Virus record (IMG/VR): IMGVR_UViG_3300031760_000011
Length of the DNA: 57,941 bases
Direction: 5' to 3' (one strand)
DNA from: an uncultured virus (IMG/VR IMGVR_UViG_3300031760_000011)
Taxonomy: Duplodnaviria > Heunggongvirae > Uroviricota > Caudoviricetes
A program made the translations under genes and the position numbers. Shown here in pieces: positions 10,714-20,800 of the stretch. Numbering within the stretch: position 1 is the first letter of the stretch; each line of letters starts with the position of its first letter. The notes under the pieces are model-generated. The model saw only the letters and a list, made by a program, of their open reading frames with translations, was not told the origin of the DNA and searched no databases.

Positions 10714-12216
10714 TTACGCTCCAATCTGCATTTGAGCAAATGCAGCGTCACGTTTTGCAATCATATCTGAGTCTACGATTGAGAACTCAATTTGGTCATC
10801 AAAATCGTCATCATCATCGAAGTCATCGTTTGCGAAGCTATACAACGCAACCAATTCATCTTTGATAAGGTTCATATCACGGTTAAACTTTCCTGTTGCT
10901 GTGCTGATGATGAATCTGTCAGGAGAGAAGAATTTTTCCATCTTGTCGGCGATACGCGTTTCCATAATAGGAACGTTATTGAGCGTATCGCCGTCGAAGT
11001 CAGCATTAGCAATTTTACAGGTACCAAGAACCATGCGCATAGCAAGGTCATTAATATCATCGTTGATTTTTCTGAGACGAAGGACAGTAGTTGAGCCTAC
11101 AGCAATTGTGGGGTTGCGGTTATTGTACAACCGCATTCCGTTCTTTGTATTGCGGATAAGCAGATTGATAATCTGCATGATGCTCGGGTCTTGTCTTTCG
11201 ACAAGTTCATACCAACGATTCTGAAGCTCGTTGATAGTTACGTTATACAGCTTCTTGTAGATATTCATGATTTGGAACTTGTAGAAGCTGACAAACGTAC
11301 GGTAAGGAATCTCGATTGCATTGAGCTTTGTGGTGTATACGTTTGATACAAGAACGTGACGTGCTGAGAAGTTGATTCGTGAGCCCATAATGAATGTACG
11401 AATGAGCTGTTTCTTACCGTTAAGTTTCTTATTGATGATTTCGGCGTCAAGTTCATTAAGCTTCTTTTGCAGTTCATACAGCACCATGAGGTTTGTATTG
11501 ATGAGTTCATCATCGTTATTCATGTTGATGTATGAGACATTACTGAGAATCTCTGAATAGAACTTGTTAATCGGGTCGTAGTTGAAGGTTGTCGCGCCAA
11601 TCAATACAACCGGACGCATGAGCAATGATATGACGGGAATATGAGAGATGAAAATCTTATCGCGATTTGCCATCAAGAACTCAATTTCCTTCTTACGTTT
11701 CTTGTCACCAAGATTAGCAATGATTTCGTCAAAGCGATACATGAACTCGACGATACCAATGTTCTCATAAGCATTCTTCGGTTTGACTGTCATGTCAATC
11801 ATACCATGCTTATCGAGCTTCTTGTCGTACTTGATGATAGAATCAAGTACCTTTGATTTGAGCACCTGTTCAATGATGTGATACATATTTGGATGAATAA
11901 GGACGTAAGGTTTCTTCAGTTCCATCCATCCATACTTTTCAAGTTCTCCATTCTGGTACTCGACGACAGTGCCACAATGAGGACAAATTGTACCTGCCTT
12001 GAAGCGTCCAATAGTTCTTCCACAGCGACAGGTATACTGCTTCTGAATTTCTGATACGTCTGAGATGTCTCCGCCGAACAGAGAAGAATAAATGCCACGC
12101 TGGTCACGAATCATATCCTTACGATTTATCGTAACTGGTTTATCAATAGGAAATCCGTTTCCAGATTTCATATCGTTGGCGCATTCTTCATCAAGATTCA
12201 AAATCTCGATCTGCAT
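10714..12216 (-). CDS. rpoC: Phage multisubunit RNA polymerase beta' N-terminal subunit (catalytic), probably non-virion RNAP (AR9 gp270-like)
   Basis: N-terminal Zn finger (CRCG...CPHCG), GSRINFSARHV, NRNPT and the catalytic NADFDGD (10987-11007). Start MQIEIL at 12216 with GGAGG RBS; ~500 aa. Confidence 0.93.
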   Translation of the reverse strand: MQIEILNLDEECANDMKSGNGFPIDKPVTINRKDMIRDQRGIYSSLFGGDISDVSEIQKQYTCRCGRTIGRFKAGTICPHCGTVVEYQNGELEKYGWMELKKPYVLIHPNMYHIIEQVLKSKVLDSIIKYDKKLDKHGMIDMTVKPKNAYENIGIVEFMYRFDEIIANLGDKKRKKEIEFLMANRDKIFISHIPVISLLMRPVVLIGATTFNYDPINKFYSEILSNVSYINMNNDDELINTNLMVLYELQKKLNELDAEIINKKLNGKKQLIRTFIMGSRINFSARHVLVSNVYTTKLNAIEIPYRTFVSFYKFQIMNIYKKLYNVTINELQNRWYELVERQDPSIMQIINLLIRNTKNGMRLYNNRNPTIAVGSTTVLRLRKINDDINDLAMRMVLGTCKIANADFDGDTLNNVPIMETRIADKMEKFFSPDRFIISTATGKFNRDMNLIKDELVALYSFANDDFDDDDDFDDQIEFSIVDSDMIAKRDAAFAQMQIGA

Positions 12217-12268
12217 TAGGTAACCTCCTGAAAATGTGTACAAATAAAGAATGTATACACAAATTGAA

Positions 12269-12280
12269 TATTTCGTTGTT
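12269..12280 (-). promoter_or_regulatory. AACA-N6-TA promoter motif
   Basis: AACA ACGAAA TA upstream of the beta'-N gene; a TATACAT box lies just downstream (12251-12257). Confidence 0.65.
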
Positions 12281-12322
12281 AAGTCGAAAATCAACTTCGA
12301 GGGAAGACCCTCGAAGAAGATA

Positions 12323-13138
12323 CTATTCTTTAGGTTTATCATTGAGTTTTGGAATGTAATTTAAGCACCATCCATCTGAAGATGTGCACTTATTCTTACC
12401 GTGCTTTTTGTATTTAGCACAAGTATCGCACATTCCCCAACCATTTGAAAGGATACCAGATATAAGATTAGCCGGTCTATTTATGCGTTTTACTGTATCT
12501 GCTGTAATGGCAGATGCGTCATGAAACGTAACGACAAGACATCCAATAATAATAGACTGATCAATGGCTTCTGAAATTGGCTTTGCAATAAATGCTTTAT
12601 CACCATTATCAATAAGAAATTGCTTAATAGGATTATGCAAATCGTCTAACGTTCCGATAAATTCTTTATCGTCGATAATGATATTATCAAGCATCTGAGC
12701 ATAAATACGAATATCATTATGCTCGTATAGAAGCGTATTCGGAGAAACTCCATTTGCAGTAATTTCGTGAGTTAAAACTACAAAGTCAAATGGATATCCA
12801 CTTATAGCTTTTTGATGATTATGAAACTGATAGAGTGAAGCTCTTGAAGCACCAAACTCATTAACAAGAGGTTCGAGTATTCTCTCTATAGTTTTATCAA
12901 GAAGTATTCGTTTTTTCAAATCTGTTTTATCGTTATCTTTATTTATCTCAGGAAGTTTTGGAAGTTCAAACTTCAAAAACTGTTCACTTGCATCTTTTAA
13001 GTTTTTTATTAGCTTACTTGCAATGATAGCAGTTATGTAAATCATAAGTGAACCAATTGCAATGTGAATCAATATTGAGATACCTGGCATAGAGGTTGAA
13101 AGTTCAGATAACGTTTTAAGAAACTCAGATAGTTCCAT
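12323..13138 (-). CDS. Membrane protein with GAF-like domain; putative T4-type holin
   Basis: One N-terminal hydrophobic helix, then GASRASLYQFHN and a GAF-like alpha/beta pattern. Visibly more AT-rich than its flanks. Confidence 0.5.
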   Translation of the reverse strand: MELSEFLKTLSELSTSMPGISILIHIAIGSLMIYITAIIASKLIKNLKDASEQFLKFELPKLPEINKDNDKTDLKKRILLDKTIERILEPLVNEFGASRASLYQFHNHQKAISGYPFDFVVLTHEITANGVSPNTLLYEHNDIRIYAQMLDNIIIDDKEFIGTLDDLHNPIKQFLIDNGDKAFIAKPISEAIDQSIIIGCLVVTFHDASAITADTVKRINRPANLISGILSNGWGMCDTCAKYKKHGKNKCTSSDGWCLNYIPKLNDKPKE

Positions 13139-13165
13139 TTTATGTTTGCCTCCAAGGTATGACAG

Positions 13166-13177
13166 TATGCAAATGTT
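13166..13177 (-). promoter_or_regulatory. AACA-N6-TA promoter motif
   Basis: AACA TTTGCA TA upstream of 13138. Confidence 0.7.
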
Positions 13178-13212
13178 CGAAGGCGATACACTACGTTTTC
13201 AAGACAAAAAAT

Positions 13213-13238
13213 ACAAGGGCGGCTTATGCCGCCCTTGT
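13213..13238 (-). terminator. Intrinsic terminator
   Basis: 11-bp stem ACAAGGGCGGC/GCCGCCCTTGT followed by a T-run on the minus strand. Confidence 0.85.
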
Positions 13239-13271
13239 TTTGCTTTCGTTTAGGAATGCTCGCTCTACTGA

Positions 13272-15398
13272 TTACTCAGCAACGAACATCCCACCACGTC
13301 CGCCTCCCTGAGGAAACGCACCACCCATCATAGGCTGCTGCTGGAACTGGTTCTGCTGACCAGGATACATCTGGTACTGAGGATTCATGCCCATACCCAT
13401 CGGCGAACCCATCATCCCCATCTGGGGCTGGAATCCGTACTGGTACTGCTGTCCCTGTGCCATACCCTGGCGTCCACGGCCACGCTGCTGCTGCATCATA
13501 GGCTGTCCCCACGGGTTATACTGAGGCTGCTGCTGGAATCCTCCCATCATGTTCGGATATCCGCGTGCGCCCCACTGCTGCTGCATACCGCCGCCAAACA
13601 TACCCATCTGAGGACCGTTGAAGAACTGCTGGTTCCCACCGATTCCCCAAGGCTGCTGGAACTGGTTCTGCTGCTGTGCTCCCTGATTTCCATTCTGCTG
13701 CTGGTTTTGCATCATGGCATGATATTCTTCGACTGTCATGTTGTTGCGGCTTGCCCAATCATGCTCACACAAATCATTGTAGATATAGTTGCAAGCATTG
13801 CCGTTGAAGCAGAGACGGATTGTACCAGGGTTGATGACTCTCACAAGTCCCGCTTTGCGCTTGAACTCCTCGAACTTTGTCTTGTTCTCGTAGCTATCCA
13901 AGTTCTTCGGGAACTTCGGGTCTTTTGCCAATTCAGGCGCCATCTTCGCAAAAGATGCGAGTGTAATCGCTGCAGGCAAGACACGTGCGTGTTTGTCGAC
14001 GTTCGGAATAAGATACGCCATAAGGCTTGTGTAACCGAAGCCGCCGCCCCACATAGTCTGCACCGGCATAAAGTATGTCTGTGCTTCGTTCTTGAGGTTC
14101 GGGCTAAGTTTACTGATATCGAGGTCGAGCTCAACCTGATATCCAGCCTGATAGAGATTGAATGCGACGTAGCGCAACCAGTCATCTACGATGACGTTTG
14201 CGTTTTCCGCCAACTCGCGGATGTGCGCAATCTGAATCTTTCCGCCAGGAACGTTCGGATTTGAGATTTCTTCAACAGAGTATTTTGCACCTGCGATGAT
14301 GCGAGTGCGCGGACCCTGCTGCTGCATCTGATTCTGCTGGAAGCCGCCGTTCATGCCAAATGCTGAACCGAATGTCTGATTGAATGCACCGCCGCTCTGG
14401 AAACCGTTCCATCCACCCCACTGGCGTGTCATGTCGGTCAAAGAGATAACGATGAACTCATTGGCTCCCGTCACAGTTGCAGACGGAGAGTTCTCCTGGA
14501 AGAACTTTTCAACCTGTCCGCGAAGGTTCTTGAGGTAGCCTGAGTTCTGACCATTGCTCGCGATAACGCGGCTGTCGAGAACCTGCATACCATTGCGTGC
14601 GCTGAGGTACTGGTCGGCGGTTACGTGAGTAATCACCTCATTGCCCGGGAACGCACACTTGTAGATGAAGTATGCCACTGCGTTCAAGCGGTATGCAATA
14701 TCATCATCGTACACGACGATGTAAGATTCGTCGGTCAAGTTACCATTCTGGTCACGGTTGTTGAACTGAGATGCAAACTGGGTAACGAATGCTCCACCCA
14801 TTGAGAAGCCCTGCGGATTCTGGTCAGCAAACTGCGTCCACTGATGAATCGGAGAAGTCGGGTCTCCCAAGCCCTGAGCCCACATGATATGAGCTTTTCC
14901 GAAATCGACGAGGTAAGCTTTGAGGTCAGCCTTGTAATCCACGGTGAGCGGAGTTTTAGTTGACTCTGCCATTGCGGTAATCATCTTACCGAACGGTGTT
15001 GCTTCAAACGACTGAAGCTGCGTTCCTGCGTTGTCGAGCAAGTCGAAGTCGAGAACCAGTTTGTCGTTTACGCGGTACTGGTTTCCGTTTCCATTCGGAC
15101 GACCGGCGTTGCCGTTGCCGTTTGCTCTGTGTACTGTCTGGGCACCGCTCTGCCCTGTTGCACGCTGCTGTGCATACTGCTGGTAATTCTGAGCGTTTGC
15201 CTGCTGTGTATGCTGCTGTGCTGTCTGCCCAACGTTAATCGTCTGAATGTGAGGCTTAACCTGGACTGTTTCCATTCTACGCTGTCCAATGTTTGACTGT
15301 CCAGCGGTTCCTGCTGTAGGCTGAGTAGCCTGGGTCTGTGCAGCTGTCTGCTGCTGAGCCTGAGTTGCTCCATTATTTTTCGGAGGCATAACTGGCAT
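13272..15398 (-). CDS. Hypothetical protein with Q/T/A-rich N-terminus and prion-like Q/G/M/aromatic C-terminus
   Basis: Start MPVMPPK at 15398, since the GAGGAG RBS sits inside the track's first codons; ~708 aa. Low-complexity termini flank a ~450-aa core. Confidence 0.85.
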   Translation of the reverse strand: MPVMPPKNNGATQAQQQTAAQTQATQPTAGTAGQSNIGQRRMETVQVKPHIQTINVGQTAQQHTQQANAQNYQQYAQQRATGQSGAQTVHRANGNGNAGRPNGNGNQYRVNDKLVLDFDLLDNAGTQLQSFEATPFGKMITAMAESTKTPLTVDYKADLKAYLVDFGKAHIMWAQGLGDPTSPIHQWTQFADQNPQGFSMGGAFVTQFASQFNNRDQNGNLTDESYIVVYDDDIAYRLNAVAYFIYKCAFPGNEVITHVTADQYLSARNGMQVLDSRVIASNGQNSGYLKNLRGQVEKFFQENSPSATVTGANEFIVISLTDMTRQWGGWNGFQSGGAFNQTFGSAFGMNGGFQQNQMQQQGPRTRIIAGAKYSVEEISNPNVPGGKIQIAHIRELAENANVIVDDWLRYVAFNLYQAGYQVELDLDISKLSPNLKNEAQTYFMPVQTMWGGGFGYTSLMAYLIPNVDKHARVLPAAITLASFAKMAPELAKDPKFPKNLDSYENKTKFEEFKRKAGLVRVINPGTIRLCFNGNACNYIYNDLCEHDWASRNNMTVEEYHAMMQNQQQNGNQGAQQQNQFQQPWGIGGNQQFFNGPQMGMFGGGMQQQWGARGYPNMMGGFQQQPQYNPWGQPMMQQQRGRGRQGMAQGQQYQYGFQPQMGMMGSPMGMGMNPQYQMYPGQQNQFQQQPMMGGAFPQGGGRGGMFVAE

Positions 15399-15444
15399 AA
15401 TTTTCTCCTCTTGCATTTATGCTGTAACTTAATGCAGATGATTT

Positions 15445-15558
15445 CCCATTTGGGTTCCTCTAACGAAGTGAGGACGTCGGCACTCCTGCCGGTCAGACGT
15501 TTACAGCCGTCTGTTTTATAGAGTATTGAAGTCGAGCACCCTGGAGACGCCGGGTGCT
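15445..15558 (-). promoter_or_regulatory. Structured 5' leader (run of hairpins)
   Basis: Consecutive stems AGCACCC/GGGTGCT, CAGACG/CGTCTG, CGGCA/TGCCG, TCCTC/GAGGA and CCCA/TGGG lie between a TATACTAG box (15568-15575) and the RBS. Confidence 0.55.
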
Positions 15559-15587
15559 ATCACAAGGCTAGTATAAATTATTCCCGA

Positions 15588-17453
15588 TTACATCAGGTCT
15601 CCGTCGAGAGCACCGAAGTCTTCGTGAATAAATCCAACATCTGGTTCTATGGTTGTCTCCTCTGTCATCATGTCTACTTGAGATTGATTTTGGACGGTCT
15701 CATCAGTAGCAGTATAGCCATCAGCAGGAATGTCATCTGCTGACTCGGCGGGAGCAGACACTTGCGATTCTTCGACGCGCTCGATATCTGCAACGACAGG
15801 TATTTCATTGTTAGGGTTACTTTCAGGCTCTACCGTAGGAGTTTCTACGACAGACTTTTCAGCAACCAGCTGAGGCTGTACAGGTTCCGTTACGACAGAT
15901 TCGGGAATCGGCTGCTGAGCAACCTCTTCTTCTTTCGGAAGCAACGGGTCGTTTGCAATAGCATCGACGACAGCCTCAATCTGTTCAGGTGTTTTCTGAC
16001 CATCGTCTTCCATTGTAGGAAGCGGAATCTGCTCCAACTGAACGTCACCAGGAAGCGATTCTTCAGGAGAAATCGTTCCTTTGTAATCGTCATCCGAAGC
16101 CATGTACTTGTCAATCAAGTCATCATCTTTCGGATTCAGAACCGTATCTTCTTTTTCATCAGAATCAACAGGTTCACCGTCTCGCGTTTCGACAACCTCA
16201 GGTTCAATATTGAGGTCATCAATGATTTCATGCATTGATTCAGTCATTTCTTCATAGCTCTCCTCTTTAGGCTGCTCTTCTTTGAGCATTTCCTGAGCCT
16301 CGGGACTATCTGAAACTTGAGGATTCAGATAGTCAGGTTCAGGAGGTGTGACTTGTGCCGGCTCATAATCTGTAGGATAACCATCAGCTGCCGGTTGTGG
16401 AAGCGGTTCTTCAACCGGAGGATTTTCCGGTTCATAGACATCTTGTTCGTCAGGTGTCTGTTTCTGAGTGTCGTCTGAAGGAACTTCGACGTTTGCGTCA
16501 ACGTCCCAATCGACGTTATCGTGTTCGGTCATAGATGATACCTCGTTATTTTCAATTTCATTAGTATCATCATGTATATCCTCGCCTTCTATTGGCTGGT
16601 CGTAACTTGCTCCAGCAAGTCCAGCGACAGTATTTTTGTGATTTACCTTCTGAACTTGTCGCTCACCAGAATCAGATGAAAGTTTAGTTCCATGACAAAC
16701 GGGGCAAGGTGTTCTGTCTGTATTGAAAAGGTCGCGCGGTTCGGCAGTAAACTCATTTTCACAGAACTTACACTTTACCACGATAGGAGAAGTATGGTCT
16801 TTGTACCGCCAGATTGCATCTTCGGTAAAAATGTACGGAAACTCAACTTTCTTTGACTCAAAGAAATTATGAAGAGCTTCGACCAAACGAACTCCACCCC
16901 AGTTCACGCCCTCGTCAAGCATAATCTTATTACACTTCGGGCAATACGGAAACTTGATTGTCGTTCCAGGAAGATATTTGTCTTCAACGACAAATGCATC
17001 TTTGAGCATTGTGAGTGTCGCCGAAAACTCAGAGTTGCACGATTTGTGAATAACGCGAATTGATTTCCCAACGTTGATAGCCTTGAACTTATACGGCTGA
17101 TAACCAAGATTTTCTTCAATCGCAAGCATTGCGCTGAAGTCTGTGCGGAGAGCGAGCTGATTGTCTTTATCCGGTTCTTCCATAGTGATAGGAAGCTGCT
17201 CGTTGTACTCAGGATTGAAATCCGCCTGACATTTCGGGCAGTAGATTTTACGAGTTTTCCAAAGATTTTCAAGGTCGTTGAAAGTTCCTTCAAGAGGAAA
17301 CTCGCAATTCTTACATGTCCAAGTGAGTTTTGTCTGTTCGCGCTGAATTGCTGGAAGGTGCTCCGAGATTTTGTATTTGTACGGCACAAACTTCCAGAAG
17401 CGTCTGATTTCGGTTTCTACCTCACGCGGTGTAAGGTTAGGAGACTCCATCAT
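15588..17453 (-). CDS. Multi-zinc-ribbon protein with long acidic disordered tail
   Basis: CKNC, CPKC, HKSC, CPKC, CKFC and CPVC pairs in the first ~255 aa, then ~350 aa rich in E/D/P/Q. Confidence 0.8.
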   Translation of the reverse strand: MMESPNLTPREVETEIRRFWKFVPYKYKISEHLPAIQREQTKLTWTCKNCEFPLEGTFNDLENLWKTRKIYCPKCQADFNPEYNEQLPITMEEPDKDNQLALRTDFSAMLAIEENLGYQPYKFKAINVGKSIRVIHKSCNSEFSATLTMLKDAFVVEDKYLPGTTIKFPYCPKCNKIMLDEGVNWGGVRLVEALHNFFESKKVEFPYIFTEDAIWRYKDHTSPIVVKCKFCENEFTAEPRDLFNTDRTPCPVCHGTKLSSDSGERQVQKVNHKNTVAGLAGASYDQPIEGEDIHDDTNEIENNEVSSMTEHDNVDWDVDANVEVPSDDTQKQTPDEQDVYEPENPPVEEPLPQPAADGYPTDYEPAQVTPPEPDYLNPQVSDSPEAQEMLKEEQPKEESYEEMTESMHEIIDDLNIEPEVVETRDGEPVDSDEKEDTVLNPKDDDLIDKYMASDDDYKGTISPEESLPGDVQLEQIPLPTMEDDGQKTPEQIEAVVDAIANDPLLPKEEEVAQQPIPESVVTEPVQPQLVAEKSVVETPTVEPESNPNNEIPVVADIERVEESQVSAPAESADDIPADGYTATDETVQNQSQVDMMTEETTIEPDVGFIHEDFGALDGDLM

Positions 17454-17483
17454 AATAATACCTCCAGTATAATTTATGAGTGT

Positions 17484-17495
17484 TAGTTTTCTGTT
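17484..17495 (-). promoter_or_regulatory. AACA-N6-TA promoter motif
   Basis: AACA GAAAAC TA upstream of 17453. Confidence 0.65.
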
Positions 17496-17797
17496 AAAGT
17501 CAAATTATAAAAATGCACAGAAGCGTTAGAAAATACTGAGATTTCAGGGATTATCTAAAAATTATACTTATCCCCAACATGTATATCATATCCTGCTTGA
17601 TTCTTTAGATTTCGTTGGTGTAATAGCAATTCAGTAATCCTATATAAATCCATAATCTAATAATTTGCTATTAACTACATAAATCTCAAGAGTATGGATA
17701 ATCAAGAATCATAACTATCCAGCTACGCTGGACAATAATCCATACAGGATTATTGAATATCCAAAATCTTTTTTGATTAATGTAGACAAAAATGATG

Positions 17798-17821
17798 ACT
17801 GGGGAGCCTAGGCTCCCCAGT
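17798..17821. terminator. Palindromic terminator
   Basis: Perfect 24-bp palindrome ACTGGGGAGCCTAGGCTCCCCAGT. Confidence 0.85.
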
Positions 17822-17825
17822 ACTT

Positions 17826-20800
17826 TTATGCAGATTGCTCTTCTGAAGAAAAATCAGTTTCAACGTCATCAACCTTCTCTGGAGAGCTTCCGATACCGAG
17901 AGCTTCAGCAGAATCTTTATGCTCGACAATCGTCTCTTTAATTGCGTTTTTCACATTTTTGGTAGACGTTTTAACAGGAGCATTTGGGTCTCTGAGACTT
18001 GAAGAATCGCCTTTAATTTTTAGCATAACGTTTGTTACAAATACAGCAAAGCTTAAACCGTAGTTTCCGTTCTTTGACTGACCTGCGGCGGTATACACTT
18101 TGTCATACTGTGTCTTAACGCTGTCCAAATCATCTTTGATTTTCTGGCGAGTTGTCTGGTCGATAGCTTTATTATTAACCAATTCATCTTCAAGAGACTT
18201 ATAAATACTTTCCATACGAACTCTTGAAGTCGGATGGTCGTCCGTCAGACTCATCATTGAAATTGTCCAATACATATTAAACTCAATGATATGACGAATT
18301 AACGGAATCTGTGGAACTGATTCATATGACATCTTGTCGATAACTTCAAACAGCTTTCCAAGCTCACCGCCAAGACCATATGCTGCTGCAAACGCATCTG
18401 CAAACTTTTCATCTTCCTTCTTTCTCTTAATAACTACATACCTAAGTATGAAATCTACAAGAATAGTTGGATTTGATAAAATCGTAGCAAACATCGACGG
18501 CAGGAACGGTATCGGCAAAGCATAGAATATTGCTGTTACGAGTGAAAGTAAAAACTGGACAATCATTTTCGGAACGTTAAAGATATCAATCAGCCACGTC
18601 GGAAGTCCAAATGTATGCTTATACTTCAGGCTACCGTCAGTGATTTTCTTGGTTTCTTTTTCAAAGTCTTTAGCATATCTTGCACGAGACTTTGAAAATC
18701 CGAATCTATCTACAATAAGTGAGACAATTGTAATCAAACCATTTGCAATAGCTCCTGAGATATCAAGAACTGCACACTGCGTAATGATAGCAAGCAAGTT
18801 CTGAACGAGAGCACTATAGATTCCTTGAGACTTCGCAATCACAGGACTCAAGCGTTTATATTGCTGGAACCCATGACCGAGCTCGTGGAAGATAACTGCA
18901 ACGATAGTCTCATCGCTTAATTTGTCATCTGCAATAAGTAGCGTTCCAATAGCAATGAGAATAGTCATTCCTTCAGCTTTCTTCCAACGATATCCCATAC
19001 CAGTTTCGATAATCTCGTTGTTTGCTGCGGTCTTGACATCTCTTGAGTTTCCAACGCACGTTGGAAGAGCATATGCGTTGTACATAACATCGAGCGACAC
19101 AGTACAAGATTCTACGTTGAACTCTTTTGCAAAGTCTTTTCCCCATTTATTAAGGATATCACGCACAATCTCAGGTTCTTTACCCTTGAGCTTTGAAGCT
19201 TTTGGCGTAATATACTGACGTAGTTCATGAATGTAACCAATGCTCTTTGCAACGATTTGTGTCTGTCCAAAATACGCTTCCTGAGTAATTGACAGATTGA
19301 AGAGTTTGTAATCTTCATCGGTAAACATTGGCGCCGATTCAGATGTAATCGTCGAACTGTCGTATACTGTCTGGTTTATGCTCTTGAGCATCTCTTCGTC
19401 GATTTTATCATCTGTTTTCCAGAGTTCTTTGCGAATATCAGGAGAACCAGAATATGTTGCGGAACCAATCATCGCTGAATTGATTTCATTAACTTTTCTG
19501 TCTTTATGAAGTTTGAGAGCGAATCTGAAGATGAAGTATATAAATCCGCGAGCTGCATTTCCATCTTCACTCTGATTTGACGGATTGATGAATTTGTAGT
19601 ACGCCTTCTCAACCATCTCCATATCTTCCATAATTTGCTGGCGCATTTTTGGAGGAATTGATGGATCGTTTATAAGCTTACGAAGTTCATCGTACTGCTT
19701 CTTAATTTGGTGACGAGAAGATGTACGTCCTGTCTTAATTTCTTCAAGCAGTGTATCCATAAGCAACGGAAGCTGAACTCCGACGTTGATAATCGGAATA
19801 TCTCTTAGCAAAGCTCCCCAACCGCGTTGCTCAGTAGATGCAGCAGCAGTAAGCTTCTGGAATACAATCATCGCTTCGGCGTATTCACCACCAAGACCAT
19901 AATATGCAGGAAACTTATTACCAGATTCTCCACGAACACGTTTTACGATACTTGAAGTTGCAGGTCCAATAGTACGTGACGCTTCTGCGCCAATTTTCCA
20001 CTCGACATTCTTCCACATACCTTTTTTGAGTTCTTTCTTTTCTTTATCTCCGAGAGTAGCATACTCTCCATTATATGATAGCTGGAAGAATGCCATGAAA
20101 GCATCCATAGCGAGTGACATTCGCCAAACACGTGCAATTTGATAGATGCAGTCGAAAAAAATCTGGAACGGACTATGCGAATCTAATTTCTTCGAAGAAA
20201 CTTTCTTCAAACGTTCCAAACGTTCTTGCTGGACGGTGATAGTTTCTCTTTTTGAGTTTACGAAGATATCGTGAAAAAGATGTGGAACCTTCTTGATAAA
20301 CCCGATAATCATTACAGCATATCCCCAGAAATCTCCCCAAATAATTCCGTTGAGGCGTTTAAGGATTTCCATAGGGATATCTTCTTCTTTGATTCCAATG
20401 TAGTTTTTCTTCTTGGTTATATTCTTTAGCTGGTCAATGTCATCAGGAAGACTCTTAATAAAATCACGTGTAGCGTTCACGAACTGAGCTACTGAAATTA
20501 CAGCGTCTACAGTCTCAGTAATAGTATAAGTTACACGTTGTGCTTGGATTGTGTATCCGTAAGTATAGTTAGCAAACGAGCAACCAATTTCACGTACAAT
20601 CATTGCTGCTAAGAATTCAGGTTTCATCTCAGCATTTGCAAACAGAGAGATTCCTATAACGATAACCAGATGCTTTGATTCTGGATGAACATATCGTACG
20701 CCTTCGCTAGTAACTTCGTAGCGGTTGTACTCTTTCATCGTATCTTCATCAGTCATATTCTTATACGGTGTAAGGTCAATACGTCCAGTACCGATAGGGA

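Noticed and set aside
13290..13720. CTG/CAG-rich runs as a tandem repeat or CRISPR array
   Set aside because: They are Gln codons in a low-complexity protein; no constant repeat-spacer periodicity was seen anywhere in the window.
15494..15513. Minus-strand CAGACGGCTGTAAACGTCTG resembles a tRNA-Tyr anticodon arm
   Set aside because: The loop is 8 nt, and there is no D-arm, TTCG T-arm or acceptor stem; treated as part of a structured leader.
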